Origin: TPA_inf: Saccharomyces
Lineage: Eukaryota
DNA length: 64,000 nucleotides
Direction: 5' to 3'
Assembly (NCBI GenBank): GCA_000146045.2
Contig: BK006949.2
Location: 416,001-480,000, forward strand
In this document: positions 32,801-43,962 of the stretch, piece after piece
Layout: each line of letters begins with the position of its first letter
How positions within the stretch are numbered: the first letter of the stretch is position 1
The notes under the pieces: generated by a model
Seen by the model: the letters and a program-made list of their open reading frames with translations, nothing else
What the model was told of the DNA's origin: nothing
The model's database searches: none
Made by a program: the position numbers and the translations under genes

Positions 32801-34377
32801 CCGATAATCAAAGCTTTGATCAAAAAAGAACTTAAGTAGACCTTAGTATACGTTGAATCACCCTTAACCCTTTGAAAACCACGAATCATACAATAATAAA
32901 CTTGTGTCCAATAATTGACAACATATTGAGAATTTTCTCTTTGGCCTTGTTGCAGTCTTTGCTTCTTGGCCACATCCAGTCTATCTCTCGTTTCATTAAC
33001 AGGGTGTCTACTTTGATAATCATCATAAGTTCTTAAAAGTTCCTGATAATCCTCAGAGTTCAACCAGTATTCCTCAAACTCTGAACTAGATTTTGGAACT
33101 TTATCTTCATAGCCAGGTTTAATATCCAATGTCCTATTTTCAAAATCGACCGTGACGGATGTTAAAAATTCCGCAGAGGTCATTCTGTTTGGTTTAACCC
33201 AACCCATTCTTTGGAAATATCCAACAGCTTTATCAGCAGGACCGAAGTAAATCTGTCTACCGTTATATAGAACAGTAGTTTTATCAAATAATTCATAAAT
33301 ATTTTCACCAGCTTGGTAAATAGCAACAATAGCAGAGTTGTTTACCATATTTGTAGCCGTTCTAATGGCTTGGGCAAACTCTAAAGCAGTAGAGGCATCC
33401 AAACCTCTTGTGGCGTTATCCCAAGAGTAGATGGAGGCATTCATTGCCTGAGCTTCAACCAAGGAAACACGCTTACGTTCACCACCAGAAACACCTCTTA
33501 CGAAATCGTTACCGACTTTGGTGGCATATGTGTGTCTTAAACCAAAAACGGTACACCACATATCTCTGATGTTATCAACGTATTGCTTTCTCGTCATTTT
33601 GTCAATTCTAACACGAGGAGTCTTACATTTTAGGGCAAAATCGATTGTTTCCTTCACAGTAATTTTTGGGAAATGGAAATCAAGCTCGGGACAGTAAATA
33701 ACGTAACCTTTATACTTAGACATCATTTCGCTTTGGTCCAGACCATCATAGGAGAATTCACCTTGTACATCAACTAATTCTGAAGTTTCACCAGATAGAC
33801 ACTTTAGGAAAGTGGAGCAACCTGCACCTGGCCTACCGACGACAAATAACATTTCACCAGATTCAACGACACCCGTACAATTTTGAATAATATTCCTTAA
33901 TGGGACATCAGATTTCTTGGTAAATTTACTTATGAGATGTGCCGGTATACTAGCAATATTTCTAAACATCTCTTCAACACTAGGCCCATATGCAGCAGAG
34001 GCATCAACACCGACTGCTGTTAGGTTTTTAAAGGCAATACCAGAATCACCAGGTTCAATTCCCTGTTCCAATTGACGAGACCTCAAATAATGTAATAGTG
34101 AGCGCAAATCAAAATCTAAGTCATTAATTTCAAAAGAGTCCATTTCCTTCTTTGTCTTATGTGAAATGACTCTCGCCATAGACTCCAACCTTTCAATACC
34201 TTCTTCATTGGAAAGAATGTTTGAAAGGTGACGGGATAGCTGAGAAGTGGCTGCCAAATCCTCATTATCAACTTGGCCTTCGGAGGCAGCGTAGGATTGT
34301 ACCGAATTAGCATAATCATCGTCATGGTTCGATCTCGACGAAATGTCTTTCTCAATATGTTCGTCAGTCGAAGACAT
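29842..34377 (-). CDS. PDR12: Plasma-membrane ABC transporter of the PDR subfamily (NBD-TMD)2, a weak organic acid efflux pump, 1511 aa.
   Basis: ATG at 34375-34377. N-terminal NBD has a degenerate Walker A GRPGAGCST. C-terminal NBD has the canonical GESGAGKTTLLN. ABC signature VSGGERKRVS and LNVEQRKKLS. Two six-helix TMDs. The length and N-terminus match YPL058C. Confidence 0.95.
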   Translation of the reverse strand: MSSTDEHIEKDISSRSNHDDDYANSVQSYAASEGQVDNEDLAATSQLSRHLSNILSNEEGIERLESMARVISHKTKKEMDSFEINDLDFDLRSLLHYLRSRQLEQGIEPGDSGIAFKNLTAVGVDASAAYGPSVEEMFRNIASIPAHLISKFTKKSDVPLRNIIQNCTGVVESGEMLFVVGRPGAGCSTFLKCLSGETSELVDVQGEFSYDGLDQSEMMSKYKGYVIYCPELDFHFPKITVKETIDFALKCKTPRVRIDKMTRKQYVDNIRDMWCTVFGLRHTYATKVGNDFVRGVSGGERKRVSLVEAQAMNASIYSWDNATRGLDASTALEFAQAIRTATNMVNNSAIVAIYQAGENIYELFDKTTVLYNGRQIYFGPADKAVGYFQRMGWVKPNRMTSAEFLTSVTVDFENRTLDIKPGYEDKVPKSSSEFEEYWLNSEDYQELLRTYDDYQSRHPVNETRDRLDVAKKQRLQQGQRENSQYVVNYWTQVYYCMIRGFQRVKGDSTYTKVYLSSFLIKALIIGSMFHKIDDKSQSTTAGAYSRGGMLFYVLLFASVTSLAEIGNSFSSRPVIVKHKSYSMYHLSAESLQEIITEFPTKFVAIVILCLITYWIPFMKYEAGAFFQYILYLLTVQQCTSFIFKFVATMSKSGVDAHAVGGLWVLMLCVYAGFVLPIGEMHHWIRWLHFINPLTYAFESLVSTEFHHREMLCSALVPSGPGYEGISIANQVCDAAGAVKGNLYVSGDSYILHQYHFAYKHAWRNWGVNIVWTFGYIVFNVILSEYLKPVEGGGDLLLYKRGHMPELGTENADARTASREEMMEALNGPNVDLEKVIAEKDVFTWNHLDYTIPYDGATRKLLSDVFGYVKPGKMTALMGESGAGKTTLLNVLAQRINMGVITGDMLVNAKPLPASFNRSCGYVAQADNHMAELSVRESLRFAAELRQQSSVPLEEKYEYVEKIITLLGMQNYAEALVGKTGRGLNVEQRKKLSIGVELVAKPSLLLFLDEPTSGLDSQSAWSIVQFMRALADSGQSILCTIHQPSATLFEQFDRLLLLKKGGKMVYFGDIGPNSETLLKYFERQSGMKCGVSENPAEYILNCIGAGATASVNSDWHDLWLASPECAAARAEVEELHRTLPGRAVNDDPELATRFAASYMTQIKCVLRRTALQFWRSPVYIRAKFFECVACALFVGLSYVGVNHSVGGAIEAFSSIFMLLLIALAMINQLHVFAYDSRELYEVREAASNTFHWSVLLLCHAAVENFWSTLCQFMCFICYYWPAQFSGRASHAGFFFFFYVLIFPLYFVTYGLWILYMSPDVPSASMINSNLFAAMLLFCGILQPREKMPAFWRRLMYNVSPFTYVVQALVTPLVHNKKVVCNPHEYNIMDPPSGKTCGEFLSTYMDNNTGYLVNPTATENCQYCPYTVQDQVVAKYNVKWDHRWRNFGFMWAYICFNIAAMLICYYVVRVKVWSLKSVLNFKKWFNGPRKERHEKDTNIFQTVPGDENKITKK

Positions 34378-34984
34378 TTTTTTATTAATAAGAACAATAA
34401 CAATAAATCTGTAAACCTTTTTTTTAAGTGAAAATTAGTAACTGGGAAAACAGAGAGAAAAAAAGCAGAAGAATATATTGATTGAAGAATAAAACTGTTT
34501 AACGTTCCCGTTTATTTTTCAGATTATCCTATTGTTATACTATTATCGTTCTTAGTCTTTTCTTTATATGATAAAGAGAACCCCAAAAAGAGAACTACCT
34601 TGTACCATGGTTGTTAATAAAATTGGATTTGTTGATATATTTATATGATTAACATTTCATTCAGGATAGAATTGCCTAAAAGGTAAGAAATAATCATAAG
34701 AACCGTCGAGAAAATGTGATACCGAATCCCTGCGGTGGACGTGGCTAAAGAATAGTGAAGAAAAACCGGCTGTAGTGTATGTTTTGTATGAGCCATAGCC
34801 GAAAGATCGAAAAAGTAGCAGATCCCAAACACTTTACGGAAAAAAATCGAGAAATTCCGGCGAATCGGCTCTTAACGGATGCAGGGTGTCAGTCTGATGA
34901 GCCATAAAAAGAAAGATGCACCATTGCCAAGCTGCCCTGAGGAAGGGTTTTGGTTACCCTGTGAGATGGATGCGGTAAAATGAC

Positions 34985-35030
34985 CAAGGGACCGGTTGGT
35001 AAGGGACCAGGTTAGGAACCGTGAGCGGCG
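34985..35030. promoter_or_regulatory. Candidate Zn2Cys6-type site in the PDR12 promoter: palindromic CGG-N23-CCG, at -616 to -644 from the ATG. Possible War1 weak-acid response element.
   Basis: CGG at 34993-34995 and CCG at 35019-35021 with exactly 23 nt between them, embedded in the imperfect repeat GGGACCGGTTGGTAAG / GGACCAGGTTAGGAAC. Confidence 0.35.
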
Positions 35031-35908
35031 AAAAAAGCGCGCATTTGCACAATTATATTATTAACAGGTGCCTGAATTTTAAGAACCGTCCACCATCACA
35101 GGTGAAACAAATCAACAGAGTCCTGCCGGCTGGTAAACAATCCATCTTTGGTTTAGAGGCCACTATCGTCAGAATAATATAAGGTCTATTTTCGGCGCGA
35201 AAGTCCTGATGAGGTAAATCGTAGTCAGGCGCCTGAAAGTCTAAACTAAACAATTGAAAGCCGAAACCGAAACGCGGAAAAGTAAATGGCACTCTTCGAG
35301 CGGCTACTAGTCGAGTAATTACATTTCTAAATTAGTCTGTGCAATAGGGAAAAGAGAACATTCTTACTCCGTTGCGATGTTTCTGAGCATAAGGCGCGCG
35401 CAAAAGCACGCACGCATTGACCGGAGCGGCGCCCACACACGGTTGTTATCCTAGTTTTTGTTGTGAGGAAGTGTTCATATTCTTTTAGGTTATATTTATA
35501 TATATATATATAAAAGTTGAATGTAAAATGCAAAACAAAGATATCGTAGTATAGAGGGTAATATCACAGTAATAAAACAGGCCTGGTTTGAAGAATGATT
35601 ATGTTGATGCTGGAGGTCGTAAATTGTAACATGAAATAGGGAGCATGCGAAAAAAAAAAATGACGAGCAAAAAAAGCAAGGTAGACAGGCGTGCCAAGCG
35701 GAGTAGTATGTCGTAAGAAGCGAGCAAATAGTACTCCTTGTCTTGCAAAGTAGCGAAGTACAAGACTGGTCTTCAGGCTGCTAGAGATTTGTATCAATTT
35801 TGTATTTTTTTTTCATCCCATGCAATTTTCCTTCCCATTTCTTTTGCTTTTTTTGCCGCGAATTGAAATATAAAGTCTGATATGAATTGTTGGAGTCATA
35901 CCATTCTC

Positions 35909-37057
35909 TTACGAGCTGTTATTTCCCAGTGAGTACTTAGAAGAATCATTCTTTTCTAAATCGTAAACATCACTTTTCCTTGAAGATTTTAGTAACACTA
36001 TGTTTGTATTGGAATCTTTCCTCAATCGTTTCTGCTGCCTTGCCAGCAAAGTGGCACTGGCAGTATCACTGGTACTTTTACTCAACTTTAGTCTTAAGCC
36101 TAATGAATTTAGAATTGTGACAAATCTTACTTTTATAGCATTAAGTTTCCAATTTTTGGTTAGATTACTGAAATTCTTGGAACACAACCAGCAATAGAAC
36201 GTGAATTCACCATATAGGATAAAGAAGCCAAAAATAAATCCGGTAACGACGCAGGATAAGATGTGGTTTTCTAGTGCTTTCATCAATTTTGCATCATCTA
36301 AATGCCATGAAGAGCCTTTAGTAATGGAGAAAAATGAATAACTATGCATCTTGTAGTAAGCAGGTTGTAGGATTCTTACTGTCCCGTTCTTAGGTATGCG
36401 CCATCTTTTGTACTGCTTCCAAATAACACTTAAAAACAACGGACCAGTAGACCCCATAATAGTCATGTAAGGGATAAACCAGTACTTGTCATAGTGTTTC
36501 AAAGACTTTAAAGCCTTTAAAAAGAAGGGATGTCTAGGCACAGAACCCATGACATCGTTTGAGACACCTAAAGGTGAAGTCTTTCTTAAGAAGGCCGGGA
36601 AAGCTAACAAAGGATCTAGTTTCCTTTCGCAGCCGTCATCTAAATCGATGTATACACCACCATAATGGGACAGGATAAAGTAACGAATGGCATCGGCACG
36701 TTCTATGGGGTATTTGTAGTTCTCAAAAGTATCGAGAAACCACGGGTATTCTTCCTTTATAAACTCATAGGCCATCTCGTCCGTCCATAGGATGTACTTG
36801 TAATCTGGATGTAGATCGAGACATTTTTGTCTACCCTCTTTCCAGTGCTCAGGGATGTCTTCCGTTTTATAAGTCTGATGTATGATTTTAGGTATTAGTT
36901 GAGGCTTTGGAGGTGCATCTGGATTTAAGTCTTCCTCAAGTATAGCATCTTTAACAGTATCGTCAATACACAACGTTAGCAAATCGAAAGTGTAGTATAT
37001 TATAGATAACAGGAGGAGTATGTTGAAGCAGATAAGGTATTTTAATTCTTTTCTCAT
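35909..37057 (-). CDS. SUR1: Mannosylinositol phosphorylceramide synthase catalytic subunit (glycosyltransferase with DxD), 382 aa.
   Basis: N-terminal TM, DxD region VYIDLDDGC, C-terminal TM helices. Matches YPL057C (SUR1/CSG1). Confidence 0.85.
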   Translation of the reverse strand: MRKELKYLICFNILLLLSIIYYTFDLLTLCIDDTVKDAILEEDLNPDAPPKPQLIPKIIHQTYKTEDIPEHWKEGRQKCLDLHPDYKYILWTDEMAYEFIKEEYPWFLDTFENYKYPIERADAIRYFILSHYGGVYIDLDDGCERKLDPLLAFPAFLRKTSPLGVSNDVMGSVPRHPFFLKALKSLKHYDKYWFIPYMTIMGSTGPLFLSVIWKQYKRWRIPKNGTVRILQPAYYKMHSYSFFSITKGSSWHLDDAKLMKALENHILSCVVTGFIFGFFILYGEFTFYCWLCSKNFSNLTKNWKLNAIKVRFVTILNSLGLRLKLSKSTSDTASATLLARQQKRLRKDSNTNIVLLKSSRKSDVYDLEKNDSSKYSLGNNSS

Positions 37058-37429
37058 CGTGAGTGCAACAGCGGAAAATCAGAAAAATAGAGTAAAGCAA
37101 ATATGCGAAAATGAAAAGTGTCTTCCGATTTATTGTTTGTTTGTATGTGTTTATTTGAATCCGATGATGAATATTACAACAGGTTAAAGAAAACAAAACA
37201 TGCGAAGCAAAATATGACGGGAATGTTGGCACCTTTTATTTAACTATATTAGAAAAGAAAAAGCAGAAAACGTAAAATATCTGCGTAAGCCTCCTCCCTG
37301 TGTCTTCACTCCTCTAACCATTTTTTCCAAGTAGAAAAGTTTATATATAACAAGAGGGGAAAAAAATGTGGAAATTGGCAGTGGACGTGAGAACAAAAAA
37401 GCACCGCTGAAAGGCTTGGCCAAGGAAGT

Positions 37430-37735
37430 TTAGAAAGGCGATAATAACGAGGTAAGAAGAAAGAAAAAAAAAGAAAAAGATGGCTTAGCAAAAGATTGGT
37501 TTTTATCCCGGGGGAGTTGTTGTGGCCGGGAGCAAGAGAAGAGACGCAGCAAGCGTGGGTCAATGATAATGACGCAGCGCGACGCGACGCGACGCGAATT
37601 CAAAAGTGTGAGTTTGCTCGGGGATAGTAATAATGCGGGGGGGAAGACGAAACAGACCGTGTGTGGTGTGGGTGGGATTTCGTGGGAGCACGTGGCGAGC
37701 AGAGGAAGAGCCTCACACAATGCTGCGTTCTTCAT
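37430..37735 (-). CDS. LCL1: Small protein of unknown function, 101 aa from the ATG. The track extension to 37747 starts at TTG.
   Basis: ATG at 37733-37735. The length and position match YPL056C. Low-complexity sequence, so coding status is uncertain. Confidence 0.4.
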   Translation of the reverse strand: MKNAALCEALPLLATCSHEIPPTPHTVCFVFPPALLLSPSKLTLLNSRRVASRCVIIIDPRLLRLFSCSRPQQLPRDKNQSFAKPSFSFFFFLLTSLLSPF

Positions 37736-37991
37736 AAAGGGGATCAAAGCAAATAGATAATCGATTCCAAAGACAGATGGCTGACACGCACTTTCACAGT
37801 TTCGCAGTTTTTTCTTTTTTCGTAGTCGCTTTCCTAGTCGCTTTCCTGGCTCTTTACCTAATCGGGCTTAACCTAGCAGTACCTTTTCTCGATTCATGAA
37901 ATCAAAACGCTAGTCACTTCCTTATAATTTCCTTTTTCAATTTCCGCCGCTTGCGTTTACGTAGTTTATCTATTTATAGGTACGGTATACC

Positions 37992-38993
<1,002 letters not shown>

Positions 38994-39690
38994 TTACTGC
39001 GGTTTTTTGGTCACCTCTTCTGCCTCGTAATAAATGTGGTGTTCTTTCCTTTCATCGCAGTTGATTCATTCTCTCTGATGAAAATAAGAGAAAAAAAAGA
39101 ACTTCACAGGGTAATGGCCCGTACAAAGTGTCTTTTTTTTCAATTCGGAACGGCGGAATTCCCCGCCACTCTTGCCCCGCCCCTTAAAACGCCAAGGTGA
39201 AAGGGAGCTCTACTACAGGCCCGCCACAGTATGATGTGGGATAAAAAAGATGATAGGAAGAAAAGGTGCAGACAACATCCTGTATGGGGTGCACGGTGTG
39301 GCAGTGCTAGTAATAAAATGATGTGGAGATTAACATGTTGTGGTACGGTATTCTTATCTTCAAGGTACCACAGTATAATTCTGCCTTTATCATTTTTTAT
39401 TTGTATTATGTATTTTCGTGCTTATCTTGTAATTTTTAAGTTTTGGATTTCGGTGCTTCGTGTAGTTCTTCCCCTATATCTCAATCTAAAGTAAATTATT
39501 ACAAAATATGGTGGTGATCTTTTAATCTCAAAGCTTCTTTTACTCCGGGCATTATAAAAACAGAATCTCTTAGCAGTTACTCTTTTCCCTTTTCTCTTGT
39601 GCCGTCATATTAGAGTAATTATAATTTCTTCTTTTTCGGCTTCCCCTTGTTTCTACAAAATCTCGATTTTATTATCTAACACTATCATAA

Positions 39691-39728
39691 CTACTACTAT
39701 TACTATTACTATTATTATTATTATTATA
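39691..39728. repeat. (ACT/ATT)n trinucleotide microsatellite, about 30 bp upstream of the LEE1 ATG.
   Basis: CTACTACTATTACTATTACTATTATTATTATTATTATAAA. Confidence 0.8.
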
Positions 39729-39758
39729 AATCTTAAAACTATTATTTGCTAAAACAAA

Positions 39759-40664
39759 ATGGATGCTTTTGAGAATATGTCTGTATCAAATCATCCGGGC
39801 GGTAACGCAAGAAGAAACTCCCAATCAGCAAACGAAATGCTTGCATCGCAAATTCAGGATTTCCAGAATATTCCAAGGTCTTTCAATGACAGCAATGCAA
39901 ATGTAAATTTGTCAAAAAATTGTACTGTCGGCAATCAACTGCCTTTCTCATCACGTCAACAAAAAATTATCATGGAACATTTACTGATAACGAAGAACAA
40001 TTCTCAACAGCAGAAGGACTATTCACACGTGCCATGCAAATTTTTTAAGATGGGCAATTGCCAAGCTGGCTCGTCTTGTCCCTTTTCCCATTCCCCAGAT
40101 ATTATCAGTTCTGCGAATAATTTACCTTGCAAGTATTTCGCAAAGGGTAACTGTAAATTCGGTAACAAGTGTGTTAATGCTCATGTGCTGCCAAATGGGT
40201 TCAAGATGAACAGTAAAGAACCTATTGACATCACTCCCCCTTCACAAAACAACTACTTATCCCATGCTAGATCAGCTTCTTTCTCTACCTACACGTCTCC
40301 TCCTCTGTCTGCACAAACGGAATTCTCTCACTCTGCTTCGAATGCAAACTACTTTTCCTCGCAATACCTAATGTATTCGCCTCAGAAAAGTCCAGAGGCC
40401 CTATATACTGAATTCTTTTCTCCCCCTTCGTCTTCTTCTTCGTACATCAACTATAGCTATAATAACTCCAACATTAATGCCTATTCTCCAGTCTCTTCGT
40501 CTTCATCTAACATTTGGCAAGAGCAAGGCCAAACTACGTTATCGAATCCGAGTGTGAATCAGAATTTAAGGTATCGTACAGGCCCTGCAATTCAAGAAGA
40601 ATCAGATAATGAAATTGAAGATTTACTTATTCACAATTTCAATTCCAGATACTGTCATGAATGA
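39759..40664 (+). CDS. LEE1: Tandem CCCH zinc-finger protein, 301 aa.
   Basis: ATG at 39759. Two C-x8-C-x5-C-x3-H fingers: CKFFKMGNCQAGSSCPFSH and CKYFAKGNCKFGNKCVNAH. Matches YPL054W. Confidence 0.75.
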   Translation: MDAFENMSVSNHPGGNARRNSQSANEMLASQIQDFQNIPRSFNDSNANVNLSKNCTVGNQLPFSSRQQKIIMEHLLITKNNSQQQKDYSHVPCKFFKMGNCQAGSSCPFSHSPDIISSANNLPCKYFAKGNCKFGNKCVNAHVLPNGFKMNSKEPIDITPPSQNNYLSHARSASFSTYTSPPLSAQTEFSHSASNANYFSSQYLMYSPQKSPEALYTEFFSPPSSSSSYINYSYNNSNINAYSPVSSSSSNIWQEQGQTTLSNPSVNQNLRYRTGPAIQEESDNEIEDLLIHNFNSRYCHE

Positions 40665-41117
40665 AGAGCCGCCCCATCCATAGTTTTTCCTAGTTCAAGC
40701 ATTAATATACCGGACCACTCTACATCTTCCGAAAGCCGGAAAATAAGAACAAAAAATAATAAAAAAAAGCACGTTTAATATAAAAAACATTTCATTGTAT
40801 GAGTTGGATTCTTTTAATTTTATTTTAAAATACGGTTGCATTTTGCATAGTAATATCCAACCAATTATTTACTGAAATTTGAAATTTGATTAAAAAAGTC
40901 AAACCAAAAAAACTACGACAATACATGAAGCTCTGAATCTTCTAGCCTAGTCATTTTATATATATATATTCACCTCCTCTCGATACGTTCCATCATAAGT
41001 TAGTTTTGTTTTTCTCTTTCTCGCGATCCTAATTAAAAATTAAATAAAATAAATAAATACATATGTATATATATTCATATGTAGAAGATTATTGTTCTTA
41101 TACATCAGTGTTTTGAT

Positions 41118-42458
41118 TTATGGTAACCTATCCCAACCTTCTGGCTTATCTTTCTTCATAATGTCGAAGTAATGTCCGCCACATGAACCACTTCTAAACG
41201 TGAAATCGTTACCCTGGTCACAGTTACAATTATATTGGTTCCATATATCATCGTTTAGGGGACAGTTATTGTACTTGTCATAATGGAATCCTATATTTTC
41301 GAAAAAATGTATTTTATCCTTTGGCAACAGCATCGATAACCCAATTGTGTGGATGATGGAATCAGACCATTTCCAGTAGAAAATACCGCCCTCTTCGTCG
41401 ATGTAATTAAAAAATTTCCTGTAAGCTGGCGATCTATAAAAGTTCAAATTACCAATTTCAAAATTTGATGTGAATTCACAGTTGTTAAAATCTTCAGAGT
41501 CCTTTTTTGTAATAAATGACTTGAAATTATTCTCGGAAATAAACTTTGGAAAATCCTTTGCAAATTTTTTCGTAACATCCCAAATCTTCTCATTGGCTTC
41601 CTTAGCTTCACTCATACTCAATGTGAAACCAAACACTTTGCCTTCATCTTGCATCCACCTAAAAAGGTCATGATCAATATCACAGTACAATTTAATACCA
41701 GGGTCTACTCTCCAGTACCAATCAAACTCATCCAGAACTGGATGCCTCCAAAAAAACCCTGCAAAATATCTAGCTTGATATCTTACAGCTCTAGAATCAC
41801 CATCCGGTACATTTGCTAATGAAATTAGCGATTCTGCTGCTTTATTTTCATCAATCCATTCAGGGTATACCCATTCGTCTGCAGGAATTTCAGCAAATTT
41901 AATATTAATTAACTCAGGATCACCATTCATAGAATCAGTTATGGCTTGACGAATCATTTCTTGCTTCATTCCGTCAAGCTCCCCCTGACTAATAAAAACC
42001 CAAGGATAAGCAAAATTTTTGTTAAACTTCACCTGCACTTCATCAATAGATTGTAAGATTTGGGTCATGGAATCCCTTTCAGTAATTAGTGAGACAAAGC
42101 ACGCCTTTGGTGGTGATCCTCTATGATTGATATACGATGGCACCATGAACCCTAGCGTCGTTTCATTACCACCATAAGATTTGATCTTTTCCTTAATGGC
42201 ATTCACGGTGGCATTTCTAATGGCCTCTCCCTCTAAAGATTGCTTCAATTCGGCTTCTTCCTGTTCACTTTGTATACGCCTTTGTTCCTCTGCACTAATT
42301 TTTGCAATAGGTTGCAAAGATTTCGGAAGGTATGGTGTAACATACTGTTCAGACATCTGCTTTGTTTTTGGATGATTTATTGTCACCATTAGCGCAAGCA
42401 CGAAAACAAACGAAATCAACAGAAAGCGTGCTATTTTTTTGCTCAGCAGTACGTGCAT
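41118..42458 (-). CDS. KTR6: Golgi type II membrane mannosylphosphate transferase of the KRE2/MNT1 family, 446 aa.
   Basis: N-terminal signal anchor and KTR-family catalytic core (YHRGSPPKACFVSL, DxD-like region). Matches YPL053C. Confidence 0.85.
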   Translation of the reverse strand: MHVLLSKKIARFLLISFVFVLALMVTINHPKTKQMSEQYVTPYLPKSLQPIAKISAEEQRRIQSEQEEAELKQSLEGEAIRNATVNAIKEKIKSYGGNETTLGFMVPSYINHRGSPPKACFVSLITERDSMTQILQSIDEVQVKFNKNFAYPWVFISQGELDGMKQEMIRQAITDSMNGDPELINIKFAEIPADEWVYPEWIDENKAAESLISLANVPDGDSRAVRYQARYFAGFFWRHPVLDEFDWYWRVDPGIKLYCDIDHDLFRWMQDEGKVFGFTLSMSEAKEANEKIWDVTKKFAKDFPKFISENNFKSFITKKDSEDFNNCEFTSNFEIGNLNFYRSPAYRKFFNYIDEEGGIFYWKWSDSIIHTIGLSMLLPKDKIHFFENIGFHYDKYNNCPLNDDIWNQYNCNCDQGNDFTFRSGSCGGHYFDIMKKDKPEGWDRLP

Positions 42459-42798
42459 CTTACCTTATCTTATCTTCACTAAAGGGCACAAAAGGTTGGG
42501 TGAACGCTTAGTATCCCTCTAGTCTTGTATACTCGTACACATTATAAGTACATTTAACAAATCTCATCCACATTTCTCGAATAAATATCACATGTAACTT
42601 GAAGGTTATTTTTATATTTTTTTTTCCTGTGAAGGAACAACTCGTGTCTCACGAGAGCGCCACTTAAAAAACGAAAAGATAATCGGCGATGACTATATAT
42701 GTATGTGATTGAGAATAAAAATATGGAAAGATAAAAGACCTAGTAACGTTGTATTTCAATAGTGAGGATAACATAAAGAAGTAAAAAGATCTTTGAAA

Positions 42799-43678
42799 AT
42801 GTATGAAGTAATACAGAAAAGGAAAACAAAAATAATAAACGTTTTACAGAGTCCTGAACTCATGAGGCTCATAGAGGACCCATCAAATCTGGGTATTTCT
42901 TTACATTTTCCAGTAAGTTCACTGCTAAAAAGTAATAAGTGCACACCAATGCCTAAACTTTCTACGTATAGTTTGGCTAGTGGGGGATTTAAGGATTGGT
43001 GCGCGTGACATCCCTCTAGACGTTCCACCAGAGATTGATATCATCGATTTTTACTGGGATGTTATTTTATGCATGGAATCTCAATTCATATTAGATTACA
43101 ATGTTCCGTCAAAAAATAAGGGGAACAATCAGAAGTCTGTTGCTAAGCTGTTGAAAAATAAGCTTGTAAACGATATGAAAACTACGTTAAAAAGACTAAT
43201 TTATAATGAAAATACCAAGCAATATAAAAATAATAATAGCCACGATGGTTACAATTGGAGAAAACTAGGCTCGCAGTATTTCATACTGTATCTTCCCCTA
43301 TTTACGCAGGAACTGATTTGGTGTAAACTTAATGAAAACTATTTCCATGTTGTATTACCATCTTTACTGAATAGTAGGAACGTTCATGATAACCACAGTA
43401 CCTATATAAATAAAGATTGGTTACTTGCCCTTTTAGAGCTAACTTCCAACCTGAACCAAAACTTCAAATTCGAATACATGAAATTGAGATTGTATATTTT
43501 AAGAGATGATTTAATTAATAATGGTTTGGATCTTTTGAAAAATCTTAACTGGGTCGGTGGGAAACTGATTAAAAATGAAGATAGAGAAGTCTTGTTGAAC
43601 TCGACCGATTTAGCTACGGATTCTATTTCTCATTTATTAGGTGATGAAAACTTTGTTATTTTAGAGTTTGAATGCTAA
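42799..43678 (+). CDS. OAZ1: Ornithine decarboxylase antizyme. Two overlapping ORFs joined by a programmed +1 ribosomal frameshift: 42799-43005 then 43007-43678, about 292 aa.
   Basis: ORF1 ends ...GGFKDWCA at TGA 43006-43008. The +1 frame continues DIPLDVPPEIDIIDF... with no ATG of its own near the junction. The track start at 42793 is TTG and the real ATG is at 42799. Confidence 0.85.
43000..43010 (+). other. OAZ1 +1 frameshift site: GCG-U-GAC. The ribosome skips the U of the UGA stop.
   Basis: Sequence tggtGCG CGT GAC: GCG 43003-43005, UGA 43006-43008, then GAC is read from 43007. Confidence 0.8.
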
Positions 43679-43962
43679 GCAGTTATATTCAGTTAGAAGC
43701 ATATATCCCACCATTAAATAAGTTAACATACTACTGCATTTTTATTTTATGTTTAAGAGCAGATACGTCAATGTAGCTTGCATATGTACGTATCCTCCCC
43801 CACCTCCTATTTTCTACTTTGAACTTTATGGGAGTGTTAGTATAAGAAATATGTTTACACCTTTTTCAGACAAATGTAAACGGAAAATTAAAAAACGAAT
43901 TCAGATCGATGTGTTAATCAAGTAGATGAAGGAGAATAAAGCATATAAAGCGCACCGCACAC

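Noticed and set aside
34860-35300. Possibility of a small RNA gene (tRNA or snoRNA) in the long PDR12-SUR1 spacer.
   Set aside because: No cloverleaf could be folded by eye and no box C/D (RTGATGA...CTGA) pair in a suitable arrangement. The GC-rich segment is better explained as promoter UAS (see the CGG-N23-CCG finding).
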